Shown here: in pieces, positions 19,663 through 30,317 of the stretch
How the letters are laid out: every line of letters starts with the position of its first letter
Numbering within the stretch: position 1 is the stretch's first letter
Source of the DNA: Rickettsiales bacterium
Lineage (GTDB): Bacteria > Pseudomonadota > Alphaproteobacteria > Rickettsiales > UBA1997
Direction of reading: 5' to 3'
DNA: 57,994 bases
Assembly: GCA_965661355.1 (NCBI GenBank)
Contig: CBFIDI010000003.1
Location: 1 to 57,994, forward strand
Position numbers and translations under genes: made by a program
The notes under the pieces: generated by a model
What the model saw: the letters and a program-made list of their open reading frames with translations, nothing else
The model's database searches: none
Told to the model about the DNA's origin: nothing

Positions 19663-20688
19663 ATGAGTGATATAGATAATATATTAAATAATTTTAATTC
19701 GCAATTCAAAAAAGTTGATAATTTAACCATGTTAAGTGAGTTGAAAGCGAGTTTTTTGGGTAAAAAGGGTGAAGTAACTGTGCTTTTTACAAAAATAAAA
19801 GACATTACGCCAGAAGAAAAAAAAGAATTTGGAGCGGCGGTTAATAAGATTAGAAATGAAATTTCGAGTAAAATTGACGAAAAAAGGCAATATTTTGAAG
19901 ATTTAGAGCTTGAAGCAAAGTTAAAGTTACAAAAAATTGATGTCACCGAGCCAGTTAGAAAAGAAAGAAATGGCCTAATTCACCCAATTTCACAAGTTTC
20001 AAGAGAAATTCGTGAAATTTTTCATGGTTTGGGATTTAGTTTCTCTGAAGGGCCACAAATTGAAGAAGACTTTTTTAATTTTACAGCCCTTAATATCCCA
20101 AAAGATCACCCGGCGCGCCAAATGCAAGACACTTTTTATTTGAAGGGCGATAGCGAAAAATTACTCAGGACCCACACATCAAACACGCAAATTCGCAAAA
20201 TGATAGGTGGAAAACCGCCATTTAAAAGCGCCTCTTTGGGGCGGGTTTTTCGTCGCGATTCTGATCAAACGCACACGCCTATGTTTCATCAAATTGAGGG
20301 TTTTGTATTGGATGAAAAGGCGACGATGGCTAATTTGAAATGGGTTTTAGAAGAGTTTTTAAGGCAATTTTTCGAGACTTCGGACATTCATCTCAGATTT
20401 AGGCCAAGCTTTTTTCCTTTTACCGAGCCTTCGGCTGAGGTTGACATTGGATATAAAAAAGAAAAAGGCAGAATTAAAATTGGAAGCGATGAAAATTTTA
20501 TGGAAATTTTGGGTTGTGGCATGATTCACCCTAATGTTATAAAAAATTGCGAAATTGACGCTGAGAAATATCAAGGATTTGCTTTTGGAATTGGCGTAGA
20601 AAGATTGGCAATGCTAAAATATGGAATTGAAGATTTAAGAATGTTTTTTGATAATGATTTAAGATTTTTGAATCATTACGGGTTTTAG
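19663..20688 (+). CDS. pheS: Phenylalanine--tRNA ligase alpha subunit
   Basis: HPARQMQDTFY, LLRTHTS, HTPMFHQIEG, RPSFFPFTEPSAE, GFAFGIGVERLAML; ATG at 19663 preferred. Confidence 0.97.
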   Translation: MSDIDNILNNFNSQFKKVDNLTMLSELKASFLGKKGEVTVLFTKIKDITPEEKKEFGAAVNKIRNEISSKIDEKRQYFEDLELEAKLKLQKIDVTEPVRKERNGLIHPISQVSREIREIFHGLGFSFSEGPQIEEDFFNFTALNIPKDHPARQMQDTFYLKGDSEKLLRTHTSNTQIRKMIGGKPPFKSASLGRVFRRDSDQTHTPMFHQIEGFVLDEKATMANLKWVLEEFLRQFFETSDIHLRFRPSFFPFTEPSAEVDIGYKKEKGRIKIGSDENFMEILGCGMIHPNVIKNCEIDAEKYQGFAFGIGVERLAMLKYGIEDLRMFFDNDLRFLNHYGF

Positions 20689-20910
20689 TTAAAAAAATCT
20701 TTGATTTTTTTAAGGATTGAGTTCTGATTTCATCACCTAGATAACAGAAAGCGGGCCTTCCCCGTGGTTATTTTTCGGGTTTTATTTTAGAATTCTTGCT
20801 TTTCTCTTGGGGTTTGGAGGAATTTTTGTCTAGTGGGTTTAAAATTTTGAATCCCCGCGCCTCTAATATTGGTTGCTTCAGATGGTAAAATACATAATAT
20901 AAATTCTTTT

Positions 20911-21834
20911 ATGACAAAAATTGTTGGAATTTTGAATATTACACCAGATTCTTTTTCTGACGGGTCTAGGTTTTTAAATGTTGATTCGGCGCTCTTGCAG
21001 CTTAAAAAAATTATTAATGAAGGCGCTGATATTATTGATGTTGGAGCCGAATCGACGCGCCCAGGGTCGGTGCCAATTGACGCTGATGAAGAGATAAATC
21101 GTCTTAAAGATATTATTCCAAAAATTATTCAAACTATACGACAAAAAGAAGATCAGCTTGGGCGAAAAATTGAGCTTAGCCTTGATAGTTATCACTTTAA
21201 AACAATAAAATGGGCTTTTCAATTAGGCTTTGATATTTTAAATGATGTTTCTGGCTTAAAAGATGAGAAAATTATTGATTTTGTAGCAAAAAATAATCTA
21301 AAAACGGTTTTTATGCACTCAAAAGACATAATTTGTGATGAAAATTTGGTTTTTAACTCTGAAATTGATATAGTTGATCAGATTTTAGATTGGGCTGCAG
21401 AAAAAATTGAAGACTTAACGCAAAAAGGGATAAAAAAATCGCAATTAATTTTTGATCCAGGGGTTGGTTTTAATAAAAATTCTTGGCAGTCAATTCGGGT
21501 TCTAAAAAATGCGTCGAGATTTAAAAATCTTGGGCTTGAAGTCTATGTTGGACATTCAAAGAAAAGATTTTTAGATGAGGTTTATCGCGCGAAAAATGTT
21601 GATTTTATTGATGGGTTGCTGGGCGAGATTAAATCTTCAATTCAAACCTTAAATATTTTGCCGCAAAGCTTAAAAAGTGATAAATATTGGCGCGAAAAGT
21701 CAGAAAATAAAAATGACATTCTTCAACTTCGAGCAAAGAAAACTTTATTGGTCTCAAAATTTTTAATTAATAAAAATATTGACTATTTAAGAGTTCACGA
21801 TGTTAAAGAACATACGAAATTGATTGCGCTATAA
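20911..21834 (+). CDS. folP: Dihydropteroate synthase
   Basis: GILNITPDSFSDG, IDVGAESTRPG, IFDPGVGF, GHSKKRF, LRVHDV; ATG at 20911 preferred. Confidence 0.94.
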   Translation: MTKIVGILNITPDSFSDGSRFLNVDSALLQLKKIINEGADIIDVGAESTRPGSVPIDADEEINRLKDIIPKIIQTIRQKEDQLGRKIELSLDSYHFKTIKWAFQLGFDILNDVSGLKDEKIIDFVAKNNLKTVFMHSKDIICDENLVFNSEIDIVDQILDWAAEKIEDLTQKGIKKSQLIFDPGVGFNKNSWQSIRVLKNASRFKNLGLEVYVGHSKKRFLDEVYRAKNVDFIDGLLGEIKSSIQTLNILPQSLKSDKYWREKSENKNDILQLRAKKTLLVSKFLINKNIDYLRVHDVKEHTKLIAL

Positions 21835-21911
21835 AGAATGGTAAATAATTTAAAGGGTTTGATTTATTTTGCTTATTATATTTTCTAGCAAATGGTAAAA
21901 TTTAGTATTTT

Positions 21912-23189
21912 ATGAAAAAACATTATGACGCAATAATAATTGGGGCTGGCGCAGCAGGTTTAATGTGTGGCGTGGAGGCCGCAAAAAGAGGGCGCAAAGT
22001 TTTAATTATTGAGCATAATAAAAAAGTTGGCGAAAAAATTAGAATTTCTGGTGGCGGAAGATGTAATTTTACCAATATTCACACTAATTCCGAGAACTTC
22101 TTGTCAAAAAATGAAAGATTTAGCGTTTCGGCTTTAAAAAGATTTAGCGCTGATGATTTTATAAAAATGGTGCAAAAATATAATATTTCATTTCATGAAA
22201 AGACCTTGGGGCAATTATTTTGCGACTTTTCTGCAAGTGAAATTATTGATATGTTCTTAAATGAACTTGCAAAAAATAATGCTAAATTAAGCACTAAAAC
22301 TTGCGCGCTAAATATTGAAAAAGACGATGTTAATTTTTCTTTAACTCTTCACAGGCAAGAAAATGAAACTAAATATCCGCAATTAGAATCTGATTTATTT
22401 TTAGAAAATGACAATGTTAATATAACTTGTGAATCATTGATAATTGCTAGCGGCGGGCTTTCAATCGAGAAAATGGGCGCAAGTTCCTTTGGTTATGAGG
22501 TGGCAAAAAAATTTGGTCTAAAAGTTATTCAAACCTCTCCAGCCTTGGTTGGACTGAGGGTTGAAGAAAGTTCATTGCAAGATTTTAGAAATTTGGCCGG
22601 CATTTCTTTTTATTCTAAGGTTAGTGCAATAAATAAATATAGTGACAAATTAGCAAAAAAGCCAAAGAAAATTTCATTTTGCGAGGCGGTTTTGTTTACC
22701 CATCGTGGCTTAAGCGGGCCCGCGATTTTACAAATTTCTTCTTATGTAAATATGGGCGAGGAAATTGAAATTGACATGATTCCAAATGTCGATATTTATC
22801 AGGTCTTTTTAGATGAAAAAATTAAGAATCCGAAGGTTGAAATTGCTAAAATTTTAAATAATTATTTACCAAAAAGGCTAGTTAGCTTTATTCTTGAAAA
22901 AAATGGCATTGTTGGTTTTGTTGCTGATTTGAGTAATAAAAAGCTTAAAGAATTGGCGCAAAATATTAATTTTTACAAAGTTAAAATAACAGATAATGAT
23001 GGATATAAAAAAGCCGAAGTAACTTTGGGCGGTGTTGATGTTGATGAAATATCTTCAAAAGATTTTGAGGCAAAAAAAATCAAGCGATTATATTTTATTG
23101 GCGAAGTTTTAGATGTAACTGGTCATTTAGGAGGTTATAATTTTCAATTTGCTTGGGCTAGTGGTTTTGCGGCTGGGCAGGTTATTTAG
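21912..23189 (+). CDS. NAD(P)/FAD-dependent oxidoreductase, HI0933/BaiN/YhiN family
   Basis: GAGAAGL, KIRISGGGRCNFTN, LFTHRGLSGPAILQIS, GEVLDVTGHLGGYNFQFAWASG. Confidence 0.93.
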   Translation: MKKHYDAIIIGAGAAGLMCGVEAAKRGRKVLIIEHNKKVGEKIRISGGGRCNFTNIHTNSENFLSKNERFSVSALKRFSADDFIKMVQKYNISFHEKTLGQLFCDFSASEIIDMFLNELAKNNAKLSTKTCALNIEKDDVNFSLTLHRQENETKYPQLESDLFLENDNVNITCESLIIASGGLSIEKMGASSFGYEVAKKFGLKVIQTSPALVGLRVEESSLQDFRNLAGISFYSKVSAINKYSDKLAKKPKKISFCEAVLFTHRGLSGPAILQISSYVNMGEEIEIDMIPNVDIYQVFLDEKIKNPKVEIAKILNNYLPKRLVSFILEKNGIVGFVADLSNKKLKELAQNINFYKVKITDNDGYKKAEVTLGGVDVDEISSKDFEAKKIKRLYFIGEVLDVTGHLGGYNFQFAWASGFAAGQVI

Positions 23190-23262
23190 CGATAAAAATC
23201 TAACAACATATCTTATTTTGGATAGGATTTTGATTTTTTTAATAATTCTTTTAAAAGATTAT

Positions 23263-23385
23263 ACCTTTGTTAAACTTTATAATTAACCATTTACGAAGTT
23301 AAAATTTAATTAATAAAGACATCGTTAAAAATTTATATTGATGAAGTTTTTTGATCCTTTAATAAATTATAAAGTTAAAATGGCA
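23263..23385. repeat. Degenerate copy of palindromic element family A
   Basis: Right end TTATAAAGTTAAAATGGC and internal AATAAAGACATCGTTAAAA match 25802-26124. Confidence 0.5.
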
Positions 23386-23483
23386 CTGAAACATAATAAA
23401 AAACTCTAAATAATCTCAACTTTCATCACTTTTTTGCTATTTTATTGATTTTCAATAAAATATTATTTTTTTACATTTTCCCC

Positions 23484-23512
23484 CTTGAAATTTTAAACCT
23501 TAATTATTAGAT
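23484..23512 (+). promoter_or_regulatory. Putative RpoH (sigma32) promoter of dnaK
   Basis: CTTGAA-N16-ATTAGAT; same architecture upstream of lon. Confidence 0.55.
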
Positions 23513-23618
23513 GTTATTTAGGATTTAATGGCCCACTATTAATTTGTTAGAAAAACTTGCGCTAACCATATAATTAATTTAAAAAAGCCATAATTATTAA
23601 CTTAAAATATATAAAAAA

Positions 23619-25565
23619 ATGGGAAAAGTAATTGGAATTGATTTAGGAACCACGAACTCTTGTGTTGCGGTTATGGAAGGCGGAGTAGCAAAAGTTATTG
23701 AAAATTCGGAAGGTGCCAGAACTACGCCATCAATAGTTGCTTTTTTGAAAGATGGAGAAAAAGCGGTCGGGGCAAGTGCTAAGCGCCAGGCCGTGACTAA
23801 TCCGCAAAATACAATTTTTGGTATTAAGCGTTTAATTGGACGCCGTTTTGATGATGAGGCCACAAAAAAAGATCAAGATCTTGTGCCTTACGAAATTGTT
23901 AAGGCCGAAAATGGCGACGCTTGGGTTAAAGTGAAAGATGATAAATTTTCGCCGTCGCAAATTTCAGCTTTTACTTTAGGTAAAATGAAAGAAACCGCAG
24001 AAAGCTATTTGGGAGAAAATGTGACTCAGGCGGTTATTACTGTTCCGGCTTATTTTAACGACTCTCAGCGTCAGGCAACAAAAGATGCGGGTAAAATTGC
24101 CGGACTTGAAGTTTTAAGAATTATTAACGAGCCAACTGCTGCTGCGCTTGCTTACGGACTTGACAAGAAAGACGCCCAAACTATTGCGGTTTATGATTTA
24201 GGTGGTGGAACATTTGATGTTTCAATTCTTGAAATTGGTGACGGAGTTTTTGAAGTTAAAGCGACAAATGGCGATACTTTCTTGGGTGGCGAAGATTTTG
24301 ATATGAAAATATTAGAATTTTTAAAAGATGAATTTAAGAAAGAAAACTCGGTTGATTTAAGTAAAGACCCGCTAGCGTTGCAGCGTTTAAAAGAGGCTGC
24401 TGAAAAAGCAAAAATTGAACTTTCAACTTTGTCAGAAACTGAAATTAACTTGCCATATATTACGGCTGATGCGACTGGACCGAAACATTTAAATGTTAAA
24501 ATAAGCCGTTCAAAATTTGAGCAATTGGTTGATGGTTTAGTTCAAAGAACAATTGCGCCTTGTGAAAATGCTCTTAAAGACGCCGGACTGAAAGCCAGCG
24601 AGATAGACGAAGTTATTATGGTTGGTGGGCAAACTAGAATGCCTAAGGTCGTAGAAACTGTCAAGAAATTTTTTGGAAAAGAGCCAAATAAAGGCGTTAA
24701 TCCAGATGAGGTTGTTGCAATTGGCGCAACAATTCAAGCTGGTGTTTTGCAAGGCGATGTTAAAGATGTTTTGCTTCTAGATGTAACTCCGCTTTCACTT
24801 GGAATTGAAACTGCTGGTGGCGTATTTACAAGATTAATCGACAGAAATACAACTATTCCAACTAATAAAGGACAGGTTTTTTCGACCGCGGCTGATAATC
24901 AAACTGCGGTTACTATTAAGGTTTTTCAAGGAGAGCGCGATATTGCGGTTCACAATAAAGTTTTGGGTGAGTTTAACCTTGAAGGAATTGCACCAGCGCC
25001 ACGCGGAATGCCGCAAATTGAAGTTACCTTCGATATTGATGCCAATGGCGTCGTAAATGTTTCGGCAAAAGACAAATCGACTGGAAAAGAGCAGAAAATT
25101 AGCATTCAATCTTCGGGTGGCTTGTCTGAGGCGGATATTGAAAAAATGGTTAAAGATGCCGAAGTCAATGCAAGCGCAGATAAAGAGCGCAAAGAATTGG
25201 TTGAAGCAAAAAACCATGCAGATTCTGCGGTTTACGAAGCTGAGAAAAACTTGAAAGAGCATGGCGACAAGGTTGGTGATGAAATTAAAAAGTCAATCGA
25301 AGACGAAGTTCAAAAAGTTAAAGATGTTTTGGCCAAGGAAGATGCTAAGGCCGAAGACTTAAAAACTGCCACTGAAAGCCTAGTTCAATCGCTTATGAAA
25401 ATTGGCGAGGCTGTTAACGCTGCGGCGCAGGCCGGAGCGGGTGAAGAATCGGGGTCTGAGTCTTCTGGCTCTTCTGAATCTTCGGATTCTAAAGATGACG
25501 AAGCTGTTGATGCTGAGTTTGAGGAAGTTAAAGACGAAGAAGAAAATAAGGACGAAGACAAATAA
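23619..25565 (+). CDS. dnaK: Molecular chaperone DnaK
   Basis: [48 protein letters not shown]. Confidence 0.99.
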   Translation: MGKVIGIDLGTTNSCVAVMEGGVAKVIENSEGARTTPSIVAFLKDGEKAVGASAKRQAVTNPQNTIFGIKRLIGRRFDDEATKKDQDLVPYEIVKAENGDAWVKVKDDKFSPSQISAFTLGKMKETAESYLGENVTQAVITVPAYFNDSQRQATKDAGKIAGLEVLRIINEPTAAALAYGLDKKDAQTIAVYDLGGGTFDVSILEIGDGVFEVKATNGDTFLGGEDFDMKILEFLKDEFKKENSVDLSKDPLALQRLKEAAEKAKIELSTLSETEINLPYITADATGPKHLNVKISRSKFEQLVDGLVQRTIAPCENALKDAGLKASEIDEVIMVGGQTRMPKVVETVKKFFGKEPNKGVNPDEVVAIGATIQAGVLQGDVKDVLLLDVTPLSLGIETAGGVFTRLIDRNTTIPTNKGQVFSTAADNQTAVTIKVFQGERDIAVHNKVLGEFNLEGIAPAPRGMPQIEVTFDIDANGVVNVSAKDKSTGKEQKISIQSSGGLSEADIEKMVKDAEVNASADKERKELVEAKNHADSAVYEAEKNLKEHGDKVGDEIKKSIEDEVQKVKDVLAKEDAKAEDLKTATESLVQSLMKIGEAVNAAAQAGAGEESGSESSGSSESSDSKDDEAVDAEFEEVKDEEENKDEDK

Positions 25566-25583
25566 TTAGGTTTATTATTTTTG

Positions 25584-25762
25584 GGGGCGCCTTACATCAT
25601 GGCCCATCTATTAAATACTAATTAAGGGTTTATCTGATTGATAAACTTATTACTAAAAGCTAGGTATAATAAGATTTTCTGAGTTTTTTATAACGGATTT
25701 AGTAATTAGATTATAACAGATAAATTAGTATTTAATAGATGGGCCTTGATGTAAGGCGCCCC
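25584..25762. repeat. 179-bp palindrome with 40-bp arms and poly-T tail after dnaK (terminator stem enclosing a reversed family-B element)
   Basis: 25584-25623 is the reverse complement of 25723-25762 with 1 mismatch, followed by T8; 25601-25745 aligns in reverse to 25888-26051. Confidence 0.85.
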
Positions 25763-25801
25763 TTTTTTTTATGAAATATTTGCGGGGCTGTGATATGGTG
25801 G

Positions 25802-26124
25802 CGCCATTTTAACTTTACAATCGATAAGATTAAAATTTAGCCAATAAAATCATCGTCAAAATTTTTGTAAGATATCAGCTGGATATAATACCAAATCCCA
25901 TCTTCAAGCGCCAATTTATCCGTCCGTAATTTAATTACTAAATCCATCACCAAAAACCTAACATAGCGTTGCGACGGATAAGTTTTTGCTAATAAATTTA
26001 TTAATCAAATTATTTAGCCCTTAATTAATATTTAAAGATGAGACTTGGTATAATTTATTTTTTATAATTTTATCTTGGTAAAATTTGTTGATTCTTAATT
26101 GTTAGTTTTAAAGTTTAAATGGCG
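25802..26124. mobile_element. Palindromic element family A, interrupted by a nested family-B element
   Basis: Terminal inverted repeats CGCCATTTTAACTTTA / TAAAGTTTAAATGGCG; internal CATCGTCAAAA..ATATCAG is shared with 33831-33922. Confidence 0.65.
25888..26051. mobile_element. Palindromic element family B (MITE/RPE-like, 164 bp)
   Basis: 17-bp terminal inverted repeats ATACCAAATCCCATCTT / AAGATGAGACTTGGTAT (2 mismatches); inner inverted repeat TTATCCGTC / GACGGATAA. Confidence 0.75.
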
Positions 26125-26180
26125 TTAATTGTCATTAGAATATAATTGACAATATTTCCATTTTTAGTTTTAGTAAAAAT

Positions 26181-26849
26181 TTAAGGTTTGGTCTTGTCAC
26201 CTGACATATTTTGATAAGATAAATAAAAATCTTCTTGAAGCATTTCGTAAAAATCTTGATCTTCGTCAACCCCCAACCTTGCTAAAGATGTAACGCCAAA
26301 CTCCGAAATTCCGCATGGAACAATGTTATTAAAAGCTGTTAAATCGGGGTTAATATTAATTGCAAAACCATGATAAGTTACCCATTTTTTAACTTTTATG
26401 CCAATGGCTCCAATTTTCTTTTCTTGGTCATTTTCATATGTCCAAACTCCAACTCTATCTTTTCTGATGAAGGCCTCAATATTAAATCTGGCTAAGAAAT
26501 TTATAATCCAATTTTCTATAAATTTGACAAATTTTGCGATATCTGGTTTGTTGGGGGCAAAGAATTCTTTTAAATCTAGCATTAAATAGCCAATAATCAT
26601 TTTTGGGCCGTGGTAAGTATATTTTCCACCACGATTTGTCTTAAAAATAGGAATTTCAGTCTTGGTCAATAAATCTTGATCTTTTGCGCTAACGCCAGCG
26701 GTGTAAACGGGGTTATGTTCTAAAAGCCAAATTGCATTTTTGTCTTGCCCGTTGTAAATTTTAGCAATTCTATTTTCCATAAATTCTATTGAATCTTGAA
26801 AATTAATTGGTTTTTGCGAAAAAATCCATTCAATATTATTTTTATTCAT
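26181..26849 (-). CDS. lipB: Lipoyl(octanoyl) transferase
   Basis: WLLEHNPVYTAG, RGGKYTYHGP, KIGAIGIKV..WVTYHGFAIN, IVPCGI; ATG at 26849 preferred. Confidence 0.95.
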   Translation of the reverse strand: MNKNNIEWIFSQKPINFQDSIEFMENRIAKIYNGQDKNAIWLLEHNPVYTAGVSAKDQDLLTKTEIPIFKTNRGGKYTYHGPKMIIGYLMLDLKEFFAPNKPDIAKFVKFIENWIINFLARFNIEAFIRKDRVGVWTYENDQEKKIGAIGIKVKKWVTYHGFAININPDLTAFNNIVPCGISEFGVTSLARLGVDEDQDFYEMLQEDFYLSYQNMSGDKTKP

Positions 26850-26921
26850 GTTATAATTTTTTAAAATTACTCTTTTATTTGCAAATATTGCATTGCTTTT
26901 TATAATCAACAAAAATCACGA

Positions 26922-27572
26922 ATGATCGGAAAATTACGCGGCAATATTGACTTTTTAAGTGATGACAAGGCAATTATTGATGTTAACGGCGTTGGATATG
27001 TGGTTTTTATTTCAAATAAAACTGCTGGTTTTTTGTCCGAGGTCAAGAATAGTCCAAAAAATCAGAAAAATCAAGAAGTCAGTCTTATTATAGAAACTGT
27101 TGTTAAAGAAGATTCTATTGATCTTTTTGGATTTGCAACCGAAATTGAAAGAATTTGGTTCCTAGAAGTTACAAAAGTTCAAGGGGTTGGTGCTAAAATG
27201 GGGTTAAAAATTCTTGCTTTTTTTACTATTCAAGAACTTGCTAGCGCTTTAATTGCGGGTGATATTAAATCATTTTCAAAAATTTCAGGAATTGGGCCAA
27301 AGCTTGCACAAAGAATTACTACTGAACTAAAAGATAGTCCAAAAAAACTTGGCGTTGATGTTTCTTTCAATATTGATCACGAGGGCGAATATAGTGGTAA
27401 TTTGTCAAAAAGTGCAATTGCCGAAGACGCAACTTCAGCGCTTGAGAATTTAGGATATAAAAAATCAGAATGCTTGAAAGTGATTCTAGCCATTATAAAG
27501 AAAAATGAAAATATTACACTAGAAAATTTAATTACTAATTCTTTAAGAGACTTAAGTAAAAATAAATTTTAA
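26922..27572 (+). CDS. ruvA: Holliday junction branch migration protein RuvA
   Basis: MIGKLRG, IDVNGVGY, VQGVGAK, ISGIGPKLAQRI..ELK, ALENLGY. Confidence 0.95.
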   Translation: MIGKLRGNIDFLSDDKAIIDVNGVGYVVFISNKTAGFLSEVKNSPKNQKNQEVSLIIETVVKEDSIDLFGFATEIERIWFLEVTKVQGVGAKMGLKILAFFTIQELASALIAGDIKSFSKISGIGPKLAQRITTELKDSPKKLGVDVSFNIDHEGEYSGNLSKSAIAEDATSALENLGYKKSECLKVILAIIKKNENITLENLITNSLRDLSKNKF

Positions 27573-27599
27573 TTTATTAAAGTTCGAATTTTCTAACTT

Positions 27600-28232
27600 T
27601 TACAAATTCTTCAGTTTATATTCACATAAATCAACAATGTCACAGCGCAGACATTCTGGCTTTCTTGCTTTACAAATATATCTTCCATGTAAAATTAACC
27701 AATGGTGGGCGTATTTTTGCCATTTTTTAGCGACATTTTTCATTAGCGAATATTCAGTCTTAAAAACATTTTCTCCTTTGGCAATTCCGGTGCGGTTGGC
27801 TACTCTGAAAACATGGGTATCGACGGCAATTATGTTATGTCCGTGGAAGCAATTTAAAAAAACATTTGCCGTTTTTTGGCCAACGCCAGGCAGAATTATT
27901 AATTCGTCAAAATTGTCCGGCACTTTGCCATTATGTTTTTCATTAAGAATTTTGCAAAGTTTAATAATATTTTTTGCCTTTGAGTTAAAAAGACCAATAG
28001 TATTTATAAATTTTTTTAGATTATTTTCGCCAAGTTTTGCCATGTCAAAAGAATTGTCATATTTTTCGAACAGACTTTTTGTTGCTTTATTAACTTGAAT
28101 ATCGGTACTTTGGGCCGATAAAACTACTGCTACCAAAAGCGTAAATTCGTTTTTATATTCAAGTTCAGTTTTTGGCTCGGGTTCGTTTTTGTGAAATATT
28201 TGAAAAATCTTATCGCGCTTTTCTTTATTCAT
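27600..28232 (-). CDS. nth: Endonuclease III
   Basis: LLVAVVLSAQSTD, LPGVGQKTANV, IAVDTHVFR, C-x6-C-x2-C-x5-C; ATG at 28232 preferred. Confidence 0.95.
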   Translation of the reverse strand: MNKEKRDKIFQIFHKNEPEPKTELEYKNEFTLLVAVVLSAQSTDIQVNKATKSLFEKYDNSFDMAKLGENNLKKFINTIGLFNSKAKNIIKLCKILNEKHNGKVPDNFDELIILPGVGQKTANVFLNCFHGHNIIAVDTHVFRVANRTGIAKGENVFKTEYSLMKNVAKKWQKYAHHWLILHGRYICKARKPECLRCDIVDLCEYKLKNL

Positions 28233-28438
28233 CTTCTTGCATTTTTGGTTATTTGACCTTAGAATCATATTCTATTGGCTTTGCAAGAAATTTTCAATAA
28301 TATTATCATTGAAAATTTGCAAAGTGCCATTATTTGCTATCTTGCTTTATTTAATTATACCAAGAAATAAATCTTAAGCATTTGATTAAATAAATGAAAA
28401 TCATAGCATTTTAGCATAATTCATAAATAAACTAGATA

Positions 28439-29848
28439 GTGTCAGAGTTTTTAAAAGATGAAATTAAAGGAAGAGTCCATTTTATAGGAATTGGCGGAAT
28501 TGGCATGAGTGCTTTGGCTTTTCTTTTACAAAAAAATAATTTTCAGGTTCAGGGTTCAGATGTTAAAGAAAGTTATATAACAGAAAAGCTAAAAAGCGCA
28601 CAAATTCCTTACTTTATAGGTCATGATGCCAAAAATGTTGATAATGAAATATCTTTAGTTGTTAAAACCTCGATAATTGACGATAATAATCCAGAATTAA
28701 TCAAGGCCCGGCAAAAAAATATTAAAATTATTACTCGTGCTGAACTTTTGGCCAAAATAATGAAAGGAAAAAAGCCAGTGACTCTTTCTGGAACCCACGG
28801 CAAAACTTCGACAACAGCTATGGTGGCAACGGTTTTTGATGAATGTGGGCTTGACCCAACTGTTATTAATGGTGGCTTTATAAATAAATATCAAAGCAAT
28901 TTTAAAATCGGTAAAAGCGATTATATTGTTGCTGAAAGTGACGAATCGGACGGAAGTTTTATTAATTTGCCTAGTTTTATTGGTGCCATTACTAATATTG
29001 AGCCAGAACATCTAGACTTTTATAATGGCGATTTTGAAAAAGTAAAAAAACATTACCAAGAATATATAGAGAAAATTCCTGATAAAGGCGCCTGTTTTGT
29101 TTGTATTGACAACAAAGATTCACGAGAATTATATGAAAAATTAAAGGGAAAAAAGAACTTATTTTCTTACTCGGTAAAGCAAAAGGCCGATATATTTGCA
29201 AAAAATATAAAATTCGATTGTGATGGCTCAAAATTTGATGTACAAATTCAAGATGAAACAATAAAAGATGTTTATCTTTCGACTTTTGGAATTCATAATG
29301 TAGCAAATTCTTTAGTTGCAATTTCGGCGGCAAATTTTTTGGGGGTTGATAGCAAAAAAATTCAGAATTCTTTAAAAAATTATCAGGGCGTTAAAAGAAG
29401 ATTCACCAAAGTTGGCCAGGTTAATAAAATAACGATAATTGATGATTATGCTCATCATCCAACCGAAATAAGGGCTACTTTAAATTCCGCTAATCAATGC
29501 GTGCAAAATAATAAAATAATATTAGTATTTCAGCCCCATAAAAATAGCAGAGTCAATGATTTGTTTGAAGAATTTTGTCAATCAGTTCAAGAAGCCGATA
29601 TAGTTATTGTAGCAGATATTTATTCAGTCAAAAATCAGCTATTTGAAGGAGTTAGCCAAGATTCTTTAATAGCTAGAATGAAATCTTTAGGTCATAAAAA
29701 TGTTATAAAGTTAGAAAAAGAGATAGATTTAGCGCAAATTATTCATAAAAATGCAAATCCTGGAGATTTAGTTTTATGCGCCGGAGCCGGAAGCATAACA
29801 ACCATGGCGAATAATCTTGTTGACCAGTTACAAGAATTGCAAAACTAA
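28439..29848 (+). CDS. murC: UDP-N-acetylmuramate--L-alanine ligase
   Basis: HFIGIGGIGMSA, GTHGKTSTT, ESDESDGSF, DDYAHHPTEI, FQPH. Confidence 0.96.
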   Translation: MSEFLKDEIKGRVHFIGIGGIGMSALAFLLQKNNFQVQGSDVKESYITEKLKSAQIPYFIGHDAKNVDNEISLVVKTSIIDDNNPELIKARQKNIKIITRAELLAKIMKGKKPVTLSGTHGKTSTTAMVATVFDECGLDPTVINGGFINKYQSNFKIGKSDYIVAESDESDGSFINLPSFIGAITNIEPEHLDFYNGDFEKVKKHYQEYIEKIPDKGACFVCIDNKDSRELYEKLKGKKNLFSYSVKQKADIFAKNIKFDCDGSKFDVQIQDETIKDVYLSTFGIHNVANSLVAISAANFLGVDSKKIQNSLKNYQGVKRRFTKVGQVNKITIIDDYAHHPTEIRATLNSANQCVQNNKIILVFQPHKNSRVNDLFEEFCQSVQEADIVIVADIYSVKNQLFEGVSQDSLIARMKSLGHKNVIKLEKEIDLAQIIHKNANPGDLVLCAGAGSITTMANNLVDQLQELQN

Positions 29849-30317
29849 CTCAATTCGTATAATTTTAGCCTCTAAATAATCAATTATAAGTTTAAAATGG
29901 TGTAATTTACTATATTACCTTCTAAATCAAAATATTATAAATAAATATAGTGAACTAGCCATCAAACTTTAATCGAGATTAAAAATAATGGTAAAAATAA
30001 AGAAATTTTATATTTTTACGAAAGTAGATCGTGGTAATTATTTCAAAATAATAATTTTTGGCTAAAAAATATTTAATTTAAAGCTTTTAAATTAAATATT
30101 GATCACAAATCAAGATAATAATCGAAAATTCTATTGAATTAAATGCAAAAAAATGATATAATAGTTTAATATTTAAATATTATAGCTTTGTGTTAATTTA
30201 TATTATTTTTTATCATTATTTTGTCAGAAAAATTAACATTAACAAGGCAAAGTTTAGAATTATATCAATAAAATATGCAAAAAAGTGTTAATTTATAAAC
30301 AAAATAAAATAATTTCA

